Of a DNA stretch of 64,000 bases, positions 35,102 through 49,097 are shown in pieces (within the stretch, counting starts at the first letter, position 1; every line of letters begins with the position of its first letter). The position numbers and the translations under genes are program-made. The DNA is taken from the NCBI GenBank assembly GCA_964057225.1, contig OZ059896.1:18104001-18168000 (forward strand), in the 5' to 3' direction. The DNA comes from Auanema rhodensis. Taxonomy: Eukaryota; Animalia; Nematoda. The notes beneath the pieces were generated by a model, which saw only the letters and a program-made list of their open reading frames with translations, made no database searches and was not told where the DNA came from.

Positions 35102-37637
35102 CTCTATCTAAGTTACCTTATAAGGTGGAAAGTCAATTCGATGACTTTTCACTTGCTCATATGATGTATCAATACATCGTACAGTACCTAAATATAATTT
35201 AATTAATATTAAAAATTTAAAAATAATTTTACTATTTAAACAAATTTTTTGAAAATATTCTCCATTAGATATTGGATTTAAATTAAAATTATTTGTTGTG
35301 CCTGAAGATTTCGAGGTTTTTGCTGTAAATGGGTTCATATCAGCTGACAGATGACATTCTTCTTTTGATGCTGTATATACAAATGAATGACATGGAAATT
35401 TGTCTTCACCAATAATATTAGCCTAAATCATAAAGTTTATCTAAAAGTTTATAAAAAAGTTTTGAAACATACAGCACAAAGAGCTTTACATTCATCTGCA
35501 CTCATACTTTCAATAATAACATCTTTTTCTGCTGATAATAGATAATCTTCTGATCTTAACCAATGAATAGATGAACATGAAACTAAAAATAAATAATAAT
35601 ATTTAGACCTTTAAAAATATTTTTGTTACCATCAATACAAATATTTTCAAAATAATCAACTAATTGATCTTGTATATCAATTCTAAAATAAATTTAATTT
35701 TTAAAAATAAAAATAAATTTTTTTACTTAAACAGATGTGGATAATTATCTTTTGTTGCTCGATTCATAATACATTCACCAGTTTCATAGAAATACATAAC
35801 TGATGTACATGAAGAACTTAATGTTTCTTGTTCTTTTAAGCATTTCGATAAACATTCTGATAATCCATCTGTTGTTATTACCTAAAATATTTAATTTTCT
35901 TTCCACAATACTTTATTTCTTTCAAAATAAACAAAGAAAATGAAAGTATTTAGGTTTTGAAATGGATATACTTCTATGCTTACCGTCATTGATAATCCAA
36001 TTAACATGCTTTGTGGATATCTTTCAAAGGTATATGGTGATGGACAAAGAAATTCTTCTAAAAAATAGAATTTCTTATGAATTGTAAATGAAAAACTAGT
36101 TGTACCATCTATACAAACTTGTTGAAAATAGGATAAAGTTGGATCTGTAGCTTTAGCTAATACCGATGGACCAATTGGTTGACCATTTTCCTCATGTAAT
36201 GAACATTCCCTTGTTAATGAATCATATTCAAAAGAAGAACATTTATGTCCCTAAAATATATTCAAAAAAGTATTGGAAATTAAGAAAATTTCTTTTATTT
36301 TGAGAAAAATTAACTTAATTTACAGGTTAAATAATGATTTTTCAAGGTTAATGGTCATCTTATGTTGATTCAAGAACACATAATGTGTTTGTTTGTTTGT
36401 TTGTTTGTTTAATTTTTCAAAAATAAAGAAACAAACTTTAATTTCTTGTGTACATGAATCTGCACAACTATTTAATGAAACATCTTTAATAGTATGAATA
36501 GCAAATTCCATTAAACGAGTACCAGCACTTCGTAGATATGTTGTTGCATTTAAGCCATTACATGATGTTCCTATAATCATTTTTTTTATATTTTAATTTT
36601 AAATCTTTTGTTTTTCTTCTCTCTCTCTCTTTCGCTTTCTCTCTCTCTCTTTTTCTCTTGTTCTCTCTCTCTATTTTCTTTTAAAATCTATGTCTATTAA
36701 CTATTTGTTATATTGTCTCTTAATAATAAATTATGTTTGTACAACATGTATTTTTCAATTTTTATGTAACTGTACTTGTATTAAAGATTTTCATTTATTT
36801 CCTTAATTCTTATTTTTAAAATAATAAAATAATAATATTTATAAAATTATTTATTTTGTGCATTGTTTATTTGTATATTATACACGTCAATACATTTATA
36901 TTCTACACGATTTTTCGATTAAAATTCCTTTTTGTGTTTCAACCTATGAATGCCAAAGAGGGTTGAATATATGATGGTATAGTATGTTGTGAGGGGGTAG
37001 AGGGGATTGGATGATTTAAGAGAGAAGAAGAAGGAAAAGTGAAGAATTTCTTTGTTTTTATTCAAACAATGCATGAGCAGCATTAGTTATAAGAAAGTTT
37101 CACAATTTTCTAAATAATAGGAAATTTTGGCAAGAAAATCAGCCTAGATTAACTGAGTAATTAAGTAGAGAAGACAAGAATATATTGGATGAAATGAAGA
37201 AGAGTATAGAGAGAATATATGAGTGAAATAACAAGTAAAAATGTTTTTTTGTTTTAAATAGAGATAGATTTGAATAGGCTAGAAAACAATTTGAGATCTA
37301 TTGTTCAGGTTTTGAGGGAGGGAGGGGTTGGGGGGGGGGAGGGTGTTTGACAAGGAGAAGGGAAATAGGGAGATGAGCTGTATGGAGCACAGGGCCCGGA
37401 GAGAAATACATGTGAAATGGTGGAACGGGACGATGGGCTGAGAAAAGAGTTGTAATTGGTGATAGTAAAAGATATTATAGAATGGATGGACTGTGGGACG
37501 AGTGTACACGACTTTAAGATTTCTTAGAAATTCCCGCTTTCACGCATTTTACATATTTTGTTTATTAGATTAAAAAAAGTCATACCAGATACGGAATAAA
37601 TAATTACTAAATAGCAGAATAGTATTGATTTTAACAT
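29025..37637 (-). CDS. Apical-ECM/cuticlin-like protein: signal peptide, 4 PAN/Apple domains, ZP domain, furin site, TM helix, Ser-rich tail
   Basis: First exon 37586-37637 reads MLKSILFCYLVIIYSVS. PAN-type motifs CADSC...CSSFEYD...ECSL, CLSKC...CTSVMYF...EC, CKALC...CHSFVY...ECHL and CLSSC...CASISYD. ZP region ...FFINECVAE...FRFDGSRRVRIKCTIDVCIDRCEP|VICDG, then RKKR, TM IAIAGAGTAILLIFSIFISTYLI, and stop at 29025-29027. Orthologue not assigned. Confidence 0.85.
30478..32220 (+). CDS. Metal-dependent amidohydrolase resembling formimidoylglutamate deiminase (HutF), ~435 aa, 9 exons, nested antisense in an intron
   Basis: Motifs PGFINAHSHAFHRHLRG, DTFWKWRDNMY, EMLSAGITTVGEFHYVHH, LYERAGF, AHSTRGV, HIHLEEQPKEIQDC, VHST, CPLTEGYLGDG, LGTD, EEMRW and GGARSL. 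Exons 30478-30651, 30700-30858, 30929-31084, 31136-31280, 31329-31471 (or 31489), 31539-31677, 31726-31844, 31894-32007 and 32062-32220. Confidence 0.85.
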
Positions 37638-39299
37638 GTGAATCAGCTAAAAGTGGAATATGAATTGCTACTCTTGGTGGTAGACTTGAATTCAGATTCT
37701 GGTTTTAAGCAGAGATTCAAATGTAGACCTGATGATGATGATGATTGGATTGAAGATATTCTTCAAATGATAATAATAGTTAGAAGATTGAATGAGAATG
37801 AAAGTCCTAGAATATACTGAGAGGAAAGAATATTGAAAGAGAGAGTTCGTCTTTCAGACTACTTACTCAAATTTCAGAAGGTGAAATGGATCGTTTCAAA
37901 ACGCTAGTAAGAAGATGAGGAAAAGGAGGTCGATGAAACCTTTTCCTCATTGGAAGACAACCCACTCAGAATTTGTGAGTCAGAATCGTTTGACCGTCGA
38001 ACGGTAATGACAGTTGACCGCAGGTGACGGCTAACCAGATAGGTATAGCTCGCCACCGTCATTCATTGGCCAATGTCTAGCATCTTGTCTCATCTCCGAT
38101 TTATAATTACCTCATTCACGTCGTTCTTCGTCATCAGAAGGCGACACCGATGAAGTAAGAACAAAGTTGAGATTGAAAGCAAGAAAAGAGGACAAAGAGT
38201 TGAAGGGATAGGATTGAAGGTATAAGTAGATAGATAGATAGATAGAGAAACAAATCATCATCATCATGTTCATTTGAGAAAAAACTCTGCGAAAAGTATA
38301 AATAACTTATAATTTTGAGAAAAATTTAGAAAAAATGGAAGAAAAATTGACATCGAGGGCAAGGTAAGAGCGAGAATTTCAAAGAATTCGAAGAAAGGTG
38401 TGTGATAAGATAATAAGTTGGGAGGTAAGGGGGATTGGGGGAAGTATTTAATCAAATAAAATAAAAAGAAAATATTATGAATACAGTAAATACATCAAAT
38501 AGTATATATCAGTGTGTTAACTGAACCCATGTACATTATAAGTGTTAGTATTAATCACCGGTTTTCTAAAGAAATAATGATAATAATTATGGTTTAAATT
38601 ACAAAGAATGAACAATTAAATATATGTATATATTAGTATATATAAATATATTTTTTTTGAAAATCAAAAATTAAAACATGTACCAAATACGGAAAGAACT
38701 TCAGGTAGTGGGGGAGGGGGGAGACGAAGGGAAAACGGGAGAAGAATTGTTGGTACAACTTAGGAATCAATTGAAAATACTCCGGAAGAAGGGAAAGGCT
38801 GGACAGCTTGAACAATTGAAGGCATAATCAAAAAAAAATGTGTGAGAAAAATAACGTCAAGACTGTCCATGTACAGATGTCGTGAGAATAATCATCTGAG
38901 TCGGAAAACGACAACAGACAACCCGATTTAGAGTTAAGAAGATGCGTCAGAAACTTGCTCATGAAGCAAAAGACGAGGTGAGATGACAGATAGATGTGAA
39001 TCTGAATCTGTAACTCAATGAAAACAACGATAAGATAGAATTCTTATGGAGAATTGCAGGAACACAGTAAAAACAAACAAAAAAAATTAAATACGAAGAA
39101 TGCATATCTGATGGACTCTGCGGTTGTTGTATGTTGCAACTTCCAGAGAGAACTTCGGCAGCTAAATGTGGTGTCACAGGAGTGTATATAGTATATATAT
39201 ACTAGTTTGAGATATTAACTAGATACATAAGAAGACAAATTACAGAATGTGATCTGCCATTCATACATTGATGTTAGACAATGATTTAACAATAGATTC

Positions 39300-42200
39300 T
39301 TAAACTAGCATTGTCTCAGCCTTAATCTCATATTGTGGAGTTATGGATGGCATTGATGTAAGCAAGCTGCTTGGAAAGAATCCCGAAAATAAGCCTGGCT
39401 GTGCAGCACTTAAAGGCTGTGGTGCTGGAAGGCTGGTTGGCTGATTTAAGGATGATGTTGGTGGCTGCAATCCTGCTGCTAAGGATAAAAGATGTGTGAG
39501 ATCTGGCTGCTGATGATGAACTGCTGGTGGTGGTGGAGCTGGAGCCTGTACAACCTGTGCCTGCGTTGTTGTTGCTGAGTTCAGTTGATTCAGAAGCAGT
39601 TGAGTATTCAGTAGTTGCTGGGAAAGGGATGAGTGTTGCATCAGATCAGCTTGAACATTGTTACATAACAAGCTTTTAAGTAATAACGACGTCAAGGGAT
39701 TCTGTGCAGTTGCCTGAGCCTGAAGAGGATCGGCAGGTGGTATAGGTTGTTGCTTGATTGGTACTGAGAAGGCCGATGACAACGACTCAGGCATGAGTAC
39801 ATCGTTGATACAGGGAGCCTTGGTTGCAGTTAATGGACCGAAATCATTGGAAGATTGTTTGATCTGAAAGAAATATATTGTAGAGCTTTTCCCGCTTAAT
39901 ATATATTTACCTCAGGATTACAGAAGGTTTGTGGTCGGAAGGATTGTAAGTTCAAAGCATTTACACCTGAAAGATCACCAAGTATAGCCAAGTTGTCTTG
40001 AGTAACTTGGTTATGACTGGAGATTACCGGTAAATAGGTGGCAGCTTGAGGAATATCTAAAAAACACAAATTATCAGAAAATCATCATTCAGTCGATAAT
40101 AATAAATAAAAGCTTAAACTTACTTTCAGTCATTCCAGCATATAAATGTGTCGTCTTTTTGCGTGAATCTTCTGACGATGAATCTGAATCTGTGTCGACA
40201 TTGATTGTATTTTCTGATTGCATTTGTTCCAAATATTGTTGGCAATGTTCCATATGAATTTTCAATCCAACTTTCTGAGCATAACTCTTACCACATCCGG
40301 TACATGAATAACTGAAATAAATCAAAATAAGCATTAAAATAGTATAATAATTGATAAAAGGGTAGGATAAAGGGTATTTAAAAGGGAAATTTAATGAAAA
40401 AAAACTAAAAATGTTGTTTTAGATATGGAAAACTAACGGCTTTTCTCCGGTATGTACTCGCAAATGGACCAGCATATTGCCCTGATTAGGGAAAGTTCTC
40501 TCGCAGTATTTGCAGCTAAAATTTCAAAAAAAAACTTGATGAAAGAAGTTTGTTGAGCTTTTGTTTTTATTTTGGAAGTTTGGAGAGAGGTTCGACGATG
40601 TTTATGAGGGTATTTGATGAACATAATATTTTAGTTTTGTGGTCAGATTAATACAAAATATTAGGATGAACTTGCCTGAAGGGTCGTTCGCCTGTATGTA
40701 ATCTCATATGTACTGATAAGCTGCTGGCATATGGGAAACGCTGTCCACAGAATTTGCAGAGGTACTCCATTTTCTTTCCATTTTTAGCTGATGTAGGTGT
40801 CATGCCATCATCCATTTTCATATTATTATTATTATTAACATTATTATTATTTGCTGCTGGGCTGGTAGTGCTGGACGCTGTTGTGGAGCCAGCTGATGAG
40901 CTGGTCAAAGATGATGTTGTGCCGCATACATCTATGTGGTCCTCGGATGAAGTAGATGAGTTGGAGCGTACAGAGCAGGCTGATGATGAGAGATGACTCT
41001 GTGACGATGAAGTGCTACTGTTGCTGCCATGAGTAGCTTCATGAGCAGTCAATTGTGATTTCTGGAAAAAGGAGATGCTTCTGTTTGATCACTAATGATA
41101 GTACCTGAATGAAGCTTTTGCCACACGTCAAACAGTTGTATGGACGTTCACCCGTATGTGTTCGTTCATGGGACTGTAAGTTTCCCTGACTAGCGAACTT
41201 CTTAACACAGTATCGACAATGATATGGACGTTCACCGGTATGTGTTCGTACATGAACCTTAAAAAATGAATTTATTTAAGCTCAAGTTTATTTGAAGTTA
41301 AAGTTTTTATGAAATTTAGATGAAAAGATTTACCTGTAGACTACCAGCATAGGCGAAGCTCCTATTGCAGATATTGCATATATGCTTACGTTCAGTTTGC
41401 TCATGTACCTGCTTAACATGAAGTTTTAAATAATTTTTTAATGTAAATGTCTTTGGACACTTCTGACACTGAAATTTAGAAAAATGAAGTATTGATTGAT
41501 TATCGATTAAACAAACCTTAAAAGCTTTATCTCCATGAGTTTTCTTATGCGTGTAAAGTGCTGATGGTGATGATAAGCATTTGAAACATTTTGGGCACTC
41601 GTAGTTACGTATACCTAGATGAGCACTCTTCTCATGTACAGTCTTTGTACCGTATTGTGCGAATGTTTTTTCACAATATTTACATTTATATCTAAAATAA
41701 ATTATTTAATATAATACATATTTAATAATTTTAATTTAAAAACAAAAGAAGAAAAGCTGAAAACTTACGGTTTTTCTCCAGTATGTGTGCGCTCATGAAC
41801 TTGTAATGTTGCCTTTTGAGCAAATTTCTTTTCGCAATAATGACAACTGAATGGCTTTTCACCAGTATGACATCTCTTATGTGATTCAAGAATTGATAAG
41901 TATGGAAAAGCTTTTCCACACATCTCGCATACATGTCTCTTCTCGATTCCGGCTGAGCCAGATACACTGTGGTTTGAAACTGTTGAAGCAGATGACTGAA
42001 ACAAAAACAAGAAAATGCAACATTCAAATCATTGTTTGTGCTTTACCTCAGCTGAGCTGTGAGGACTTTCTGATGGGGGAATCATCGGAACCAATTGAAT
42101 TGGTGATGTGCTGGGAATAGAATTTCGCTGGGGCGAGGAACCTTCTGAGCTGGATGTATCACTGCACAACTGGAAAAAGGAAGGCAATTTTCAACAAAAA

Positions 42201-42814
42201 GCGACAAAAAAATTGAAATTTGAATGTTCGTTAAGTTTAAAATAAGTTAAGAAAGTTCATTTTATTTCTTTTATCTGTCATTTTCATTTTAATTTTTTTC
42301 ATAAATGAAAAACTAACAAACTCACAAACTTTTCTTTTCCAATCTCTCAATCTCTTCATCTTTCTAACTCTTCTTCTCGCTATTCTTTTCATCTTTTTTT
42401 TAATTGTCTAAAGCTTTTTCGATGGCACAAAAACTTTTTTTGTATCGAAAATTGCGTCTAGATAGAGAATTTGTGTTGAAAGTGCAGCAAAAAACGTTAA
42501 AAAAAAATTTTTGTTTGATATACAAACAAACGTGTGTAGATGAGGATTGATGGTTCGTATGTAACTGTTTTATCTCATTCACTAACCATTTCTGCTCCAT
42601 CTAACTCTTCATCTTCTTCATCAACATGTAAATTTTCGTCACTATCCACATCATCTACGTCTTCATCTTCTTCATCATCATCTTCTTCTTCTTCCAATTC
42701 ATCATCACCTTCAATTTCTTCATCTTCTTCAAGCTCTTTGATGTTCATCTTCAGATTTTCTTCATCTTCCTCTTTCATTGAGCAAGAGGTTGATGATAAC
42801 TGTTCTACGATCAT
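39300..42814 (-). CDS. C2H2 zinc-finger transcription factor: acidic N-terminus, 8 + 3 fingers, Gln/Pro/Leu-rich C-terminus
   Basis: The spliced model gives fingers [42 protein letters not shown] and YNCLTC, a Ser/Asn-rich spacer, then YLCKFC, FSCKYC and YSCTGC (the last ends HMEHC), with several TGE(K/R)P linkers. The true start may lie upstream of the 42832 acceptor. Confidence 0.9.
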
Positions 42815-44053
42815 CTGATATGCTCGTCTGTTCTAAAATAAAAAAAAAGTTGAAAGAAATAAAGAAAAAGAATATTGAAATATATATAGAAGAATACGAA
42901 TAATATAAGAATGATATACATACATAAAATGAGAAAAATCATATCATAAGAGTTATCAGACAGGAAGTAAATTATATGAAAATATGCTGAGTTTTAATCA
43001 TAATAGGAAGTAATTTATAATACTAAATAATAAAAAGAAAAAGAAAAAGAAGATACGAGATGATGAGTGAAATTATGTCAAAATAGGTTTTCCAATATGA
43101 TTGAGTAGCACATATACAAGCATATAAATGTCATGAAATAATGAAATTCATTCAAAACACAACTATTATGATAAATAGATAAATATAGAAAATCAAGTAA
43201 GAAACGTTTTTTTTTCTTCTTGCTCTCATACGGAAATAGATAAGTTTTTTCCAGTTTGGAAAGTTTTTAGTTTGATAGTTTGTATAGCCACTAGACAGAC
43301 AACAGTTCAACTGCAGACAGTGTGTGAGATTTTTGTTGACTTTCTGTACATCTCTCTCTCTCTCTTTCTTTCTATTTCTTTCTTTCTTTCTCTCTCTTTC
43401 TCTCTCTCTCTTTCCGTTGCGCTCTCTCTTCATCTATCTCTCTATTTCTTTTTTCTCTCTTTCTTCTTCGGTATGGCACCGGAGAAAGGGAAATGCCCAT
43501 CATCGAAAGCAACGAAAAACCAAATATAAGTGAAATTTCAAAAAAAATGCTGAACGCGGACAATTGAGCAATGCAAAGCAAAAACGTGTAATAGGAAGAG
43601 CCGAGTAGACGATGACGACAGGTAAAAGAAACTTCAATTTTTGATTTTCTCTCATTCTCTTTCCTCTTTTCTCTATTTTTTTGGACCAACATTTGAATCT
43701 CTGCCATCGTCTGCATCATCTGATGCTAAATAGAAAAAAGAAATTCTTCGTTCCGTTAGTGACTGATCTGGAATAGAATGAGAGTAAGAGAAGTTAAAAT
43801 TGACTACTAGCATCATAGAAATAGTTGTTGGTTCAAAGACCAGTGGAAAAGAGAAAAAGAGAGGCAAAAGGCAAAGAAATAGAAGAAAATGTCGAAAAAA
43901 TGTTTCGACAACTTGTAGTTAAAGAAGATTAAGAATTTGGAAACAAATAGGTAAAACATAACTTTTTTTTTGCAAAAAAGATATTGCATAAGCTTTTCAT
44001 CTTTGATCAAAATTGTGGAAGAATATCAAAGGTATGTGAATATATTAAGAGAG

Positions 44054-44110
<57 letters not shown>

Positions 44111-47100
44111 TGGATTATAAGATAATACAGAAGAACAACTGTAATATAAAGAATGGGAAAGCCCCCAAAAAAATTATAATCAAGAAAAGAGGAGATTTAG
44201 CACTGTCACAAAGACCAAACCTTTCTTCGAAAATAGCTTGATAAAACTTGAAATCTATCATGCTATTTGTCTATATGAATAAACAATTGAACAAAAAAAG
44301 ACGAATGTTTTTTGATCACAAAAAATCAACAACAACAACAACAACAACAACAAGGTAGTGGGCGAAGTTGGATATGTGTTATGTCTTCTGAGCAAGACAA
44401 TTAAGGTAAATGTCTTATTCTTTTCATTTACTATATTATAAGAAAAAAATGAATAATTGTAAATAATAATAAATAAAAATAATTAAAAAGATGAATATAG
44501 AGAATAAAATGTGATGATTAGAATTGATTTTAGATCTCAAATAGATGTATTAGCTTGTAATATCATTGTTGTTTTTTTTCAATTATAGCATTCCAATTCA
44601 AATGTTGCAAATAGAAATGAAAAAAGGAAGACCTCGAGAAATAGATGAGAACTGCTCGGAAACTGAATGAAGGATTGAGCAGTCATAGATGGAATCTACA
44701 TCTAACTCGATGTTGAAGCTCGATAAGATGAATCTGCACTGCTTTCATACTCATACTCACACAATCACACATATTCGACTGGGAGCATGAGGACAGCAAG
44801 TAGGAATAAGAAAGCTTTTGGTCAGCTGGATCTTCAGCCCATCCTTCCACACACCCATTTTCTCTCACTTTCTCAACTCTCTTGTTCAAACTTTCTCTGT
44901 CTTCCTTATTATTTTCTTTTTTTTAATTTTCTGTAACTACTCTCTATCAAACACTCAATCTATTCACTCAATATATGTTGTATTCTGAACGATGAGAAGC
45001 AAAAGATGAGAAGAACTAGAAGGAGAAGGGCTAGCCTATGAGGCACACACACACACATACACATAGCTAGAGCGCGTCTCGTCTATTATTTTGTTTTTTG
45101 ATGTTCCCACTGGTCAACACGGAATGGCACCAGGCTCTACCCCATTCCACCCTTCTTCTCTCATTTTCTCTCTTTCTCTCTTTTCGTTCATTCTCTCTTT
45201 TGCTTTTTTTTTGGATCAACATACACAACACATAGACAACACTACATAGACCAGAAAAAAATTTAGTTGAAAGATAGAAGAATGATGAGAGACATAAAGA
45301 TAAGAAGAGATAGTTAGAGAGTGAAAGAGGAAGAAGGAAAGCTAAAAGGGAAAAAGAACGAAAGAGAGAGAGAGAGAGAGTGAACTAAACATGTTGAATT
45401 GGAGTAATGAACGGAGAAAACGAACGCCTGAGCAGAAGTTAAGGAACAGTAATGGTTCATTCAGAGAGAAGGTAAGGTAAATGATGTTAAAATAAAGAGA
45501 AATAGAGAAAAAAATGAAAAATAAAAAAAAATTTCAAACGGTTCAAAGTTACTGATTGACACAAGAATGAACATAAACAGATGTAAACAATACTTCTGGT
45601 GGCTTTCTCTACCTGATACATAGATGAGACCGAAAGAGAAAAAGCAGAGAAAGAAGTAAGAGAAAGAGGAAGAATTAAAAGAATAAGACGAAGCAACTAC
45701 TAGTGATAATGCTATTTTGAGATATTAGAAAAACCAAAGATTCAAGCTTAATCTCATATTTCAAACATATTTTTTAATTTTTCAAATAAAATTTTCTTTT
45801 CTATGTGATTGATTATAATATGAAGAAGAAAAAAACGTCGTCACATACGTTTAACATCTAAAACAGGAATAATAAGGGAATTCTGAACAGGAAGAACCTT
45901 GAAGAAGAAGACGGCGAAGAATGACATAAAGACGAAATGGAAAAATGCACAAAACTCTGAGCAAAACTGCCTGACCTTTGAACTGAAGCTGATTCCTGAA
46001 GCAGGGTGGTAGCGCGTCAATGGTAGTGGTCAGGACTGGCAGACCAATTTTCTCTATCAATTTTCTTCATATTTTTTTGTGAAAGGCCATAGAGAGAATG
46101 GCTAGCTATGAAGAAAGTGAGTGAGTGAGAGGAGGGGGGGGGGAGATGTGCACCTCCTTTCGTATTCGAATAAACTTTTCTTAAAGCCTATTGGTTTGTT
46201 TGTTGCTAGCTTGTCCGACTGATGTTCGAAGAGCAGAAGCCATTGGGTAATGTGGTAAAGAAGGTAGTGGGGGTACGCGATGGAGTAGACTTCGAAAAGC
46301 AATTTCAGTTAATGATGTGATGAAGGTAATAAATAGTATAACTAATATCAGAGAAGTTTTTAAGAGTAAAAGTTATCGAGTTATTTACACATATAGTTAA
46401 ATAGAATTAATATTATTAGAAAGAAATGAACGAAAATAGTGTCAGCTTAGAACTGTTTAAATTCTGAATGGTCAGATAAGATGGAAACGTAGAGCAACAG
46501 AGAAAGAGAGAGAGAGAGAGAGAAAGAGAGAGAGTGGGAGTAATGCCATTACATCATTTAACTTGTTTATTTGTTTATTTGTTTATTATATTTCGAAGAT
46601 AAATGTAAAAAAAGAATGAAAAAGAGAAGAAAATTGAGAAGAAATGGCGGTTATATCAACAGATTGCCGTTAACTATAATAGTTTTGACATCATCATCGA
46701 GAGATAGATGGAAGACCATCAGAGATGTTGGTCTTATCCATTCTGGCGAAAAGTTAAAAGCGGTTGCTTGCTTGCTCCGATTTTTGTTAAATCTATGTAT
46801 TTACTAAACAAAACTCCTACTCGTTCTGATTCTATTCCTTACTTCAATCCCTACTCTCCAGTTTTTACTTCTCTCTTTACCCTAGGCATCATCATCATCT
46901 ATGTCTTCGGCTACGTCTTCTTCTTCTCATTTCTTTAAATTTTGTTTTGTTGTCTTTGCTTTATATGGAAAAAAGAAGTTTGATCAAAGAAGAAAGACTA
47001 TGAAAAGCTATCTGAATGCAATTGGACGTCTTCGTCTTCTGGCTAACTCGCCAGATAGTCTTTGTTGAGCACAGTGAAAGAGATAGACGAACAATGCGAA

Positions 47101-47696
47101 AAAATGAAGAGAAAGAGACACCAACAGAGTATGTAAGAGAACAAAACATAAAAAAGAGAGAGAGAGAGAGAGAGATCTAGCTATCGGTCAAACCTCAGTT
47201 CTAGAGACCGAAAAGAGGGGACCCGCATCTCGATGCTGTCCAATCTTCACTCGTTTTCTCACTCTTTCTCTTGTTAGCCTGATTGTCTGACATTGTCTCT
47301 TCTGTTTACACGCTGTCTAGTATGCCGTCTAGTTTAGTTGTGCTTTTCGTCTGATGTCTCGTCTCCAGCTGGTGCCAGCCAGTGCCCTCCTGGGCAGTTC
47401 CGAAAAAAACTCTCAAACATGCACAAAGACACACATACACACACACATATATATATATATATTATGTTATATATTATATATTATATATATATAGTCTCTG
47501 AAAAATATCTAAAAAATAGATGTTTCATTTGCTAGATAAAGAATGAGATATTGAGAGTATGATAGGAAAAATAAAATCTGACCAAACTGAAAAGAAGTGA
47601 GGTCATTCCTATTATCTTATTTTTCTAGCTTAAAAGACTAAAACAGTGTTTCTCATATCAGCATGCTTTATCCATTGAATCACCAACTTTCCTTCT

Positions 47697-47733
<37 letters not shown>

Positions 47734-49061
47734 TTCTCTCTAGTTCAGCTGTCTCTTTCTGTCTTTATAAAGATGTTCCTTGTTAATATAGACCACAATT
47801 CATCTTCCAAATGCTATACATGAGTATATACTTCATAATTTTTTTTGGTAAAAAGAGAATCATATCAGATTCAGTGAAGTCAGAGATGATAGATGAAGAA
47901 GATTTAGCGGACGTTTTGACCAAACAACGAACAAGACACTGAAAGAATGATCATGTAACTCAGTAGGATAATAAAAGACAAGCCAATCAGAAATAAAATA
48001 ATTGCAAAGTTTTTTTGAAAAAAAAAATTGAAAGGGGAATAGAAAAGATAAAGAGAATTGTTCCGAGTAAAAGTGAATAAGCTATGGGCATGCTCAGTTT
48101 AGAGGTCAAATGGACGGAGAGGGATTTACGGAAACAATGGTAACAGAAGATAGGAGGGAAATGAAGTAGAAAGCAGAGACAATGTGCGAAAACTTTAAAA
48201 TTCGAATCGAAATCAAAAAAAAAATCCATAATTATCATGATCCTATCATCATTAATATGACTGTTAAAGCTCGTGAACGCGATATTCAGTGTGGTCCCAA
48301 GCCCCAAGCCTTTCATCATCATCCAATCCTATCCTTCAGTGCTGCAACCGAAATGCAAACAAACACGACCAGGCACAAAGCCTCACAGAGTTTTTACATT
48401 TTGTTCAAAAAAATTTTATTCTTTTCAAAGTAAGTAGAAGATTTTTGTAAAATCTGCTAATGTTCCGAGAAAAATAGAAGTAAAAAATAATTTTAATTCA
48501 TTTGAAATACACAAGATATCAGAAAAATATTTCATTTACACTTGACACTTGGCTATTACCTTCTTCCTTCTTCTTCTTTTTTTATTTATTTTCTTTGTAT
48601 TAATATATAAAAAATAAGAAGATAACATATCTATCTGTAGATAGAAAATAAGAAAAAAGAAAGTTTTTCTTTTACATTTCAAAACCAATTTTTATCTTTT
48701 TCTTTTTGTCTCAACAAAAAAAAAGAATTGATTTAAAAATCTTTTATAAACATTTAAAATAAATATATTTGGTCATTTTTGAAATTAAACAAAAAATAAT
48801 TTTATGTTTTCATTACTTCATTTCCCTAATGAATTCGATTTGCAAATATTTCAAAAGACTGTGTTAAAGAGAGAAATGTCTTATCAGCATTTTTGAAGAA
48901 GAACAATGTAACAGATTATTTTATCCATTCGTCCTAGTACGTACTATTTCCAAGTTCGAAATAAGAAAATTTGGTCAGTTTTTGGGTGTTGATAAGAAAC
49001 AATTTAGCCATGAAAGTGACCATCACTAAGCACAAATTGAAATGCAATCACGTGGAACTTC

Positions 49062-49097
<36 letters not shown>

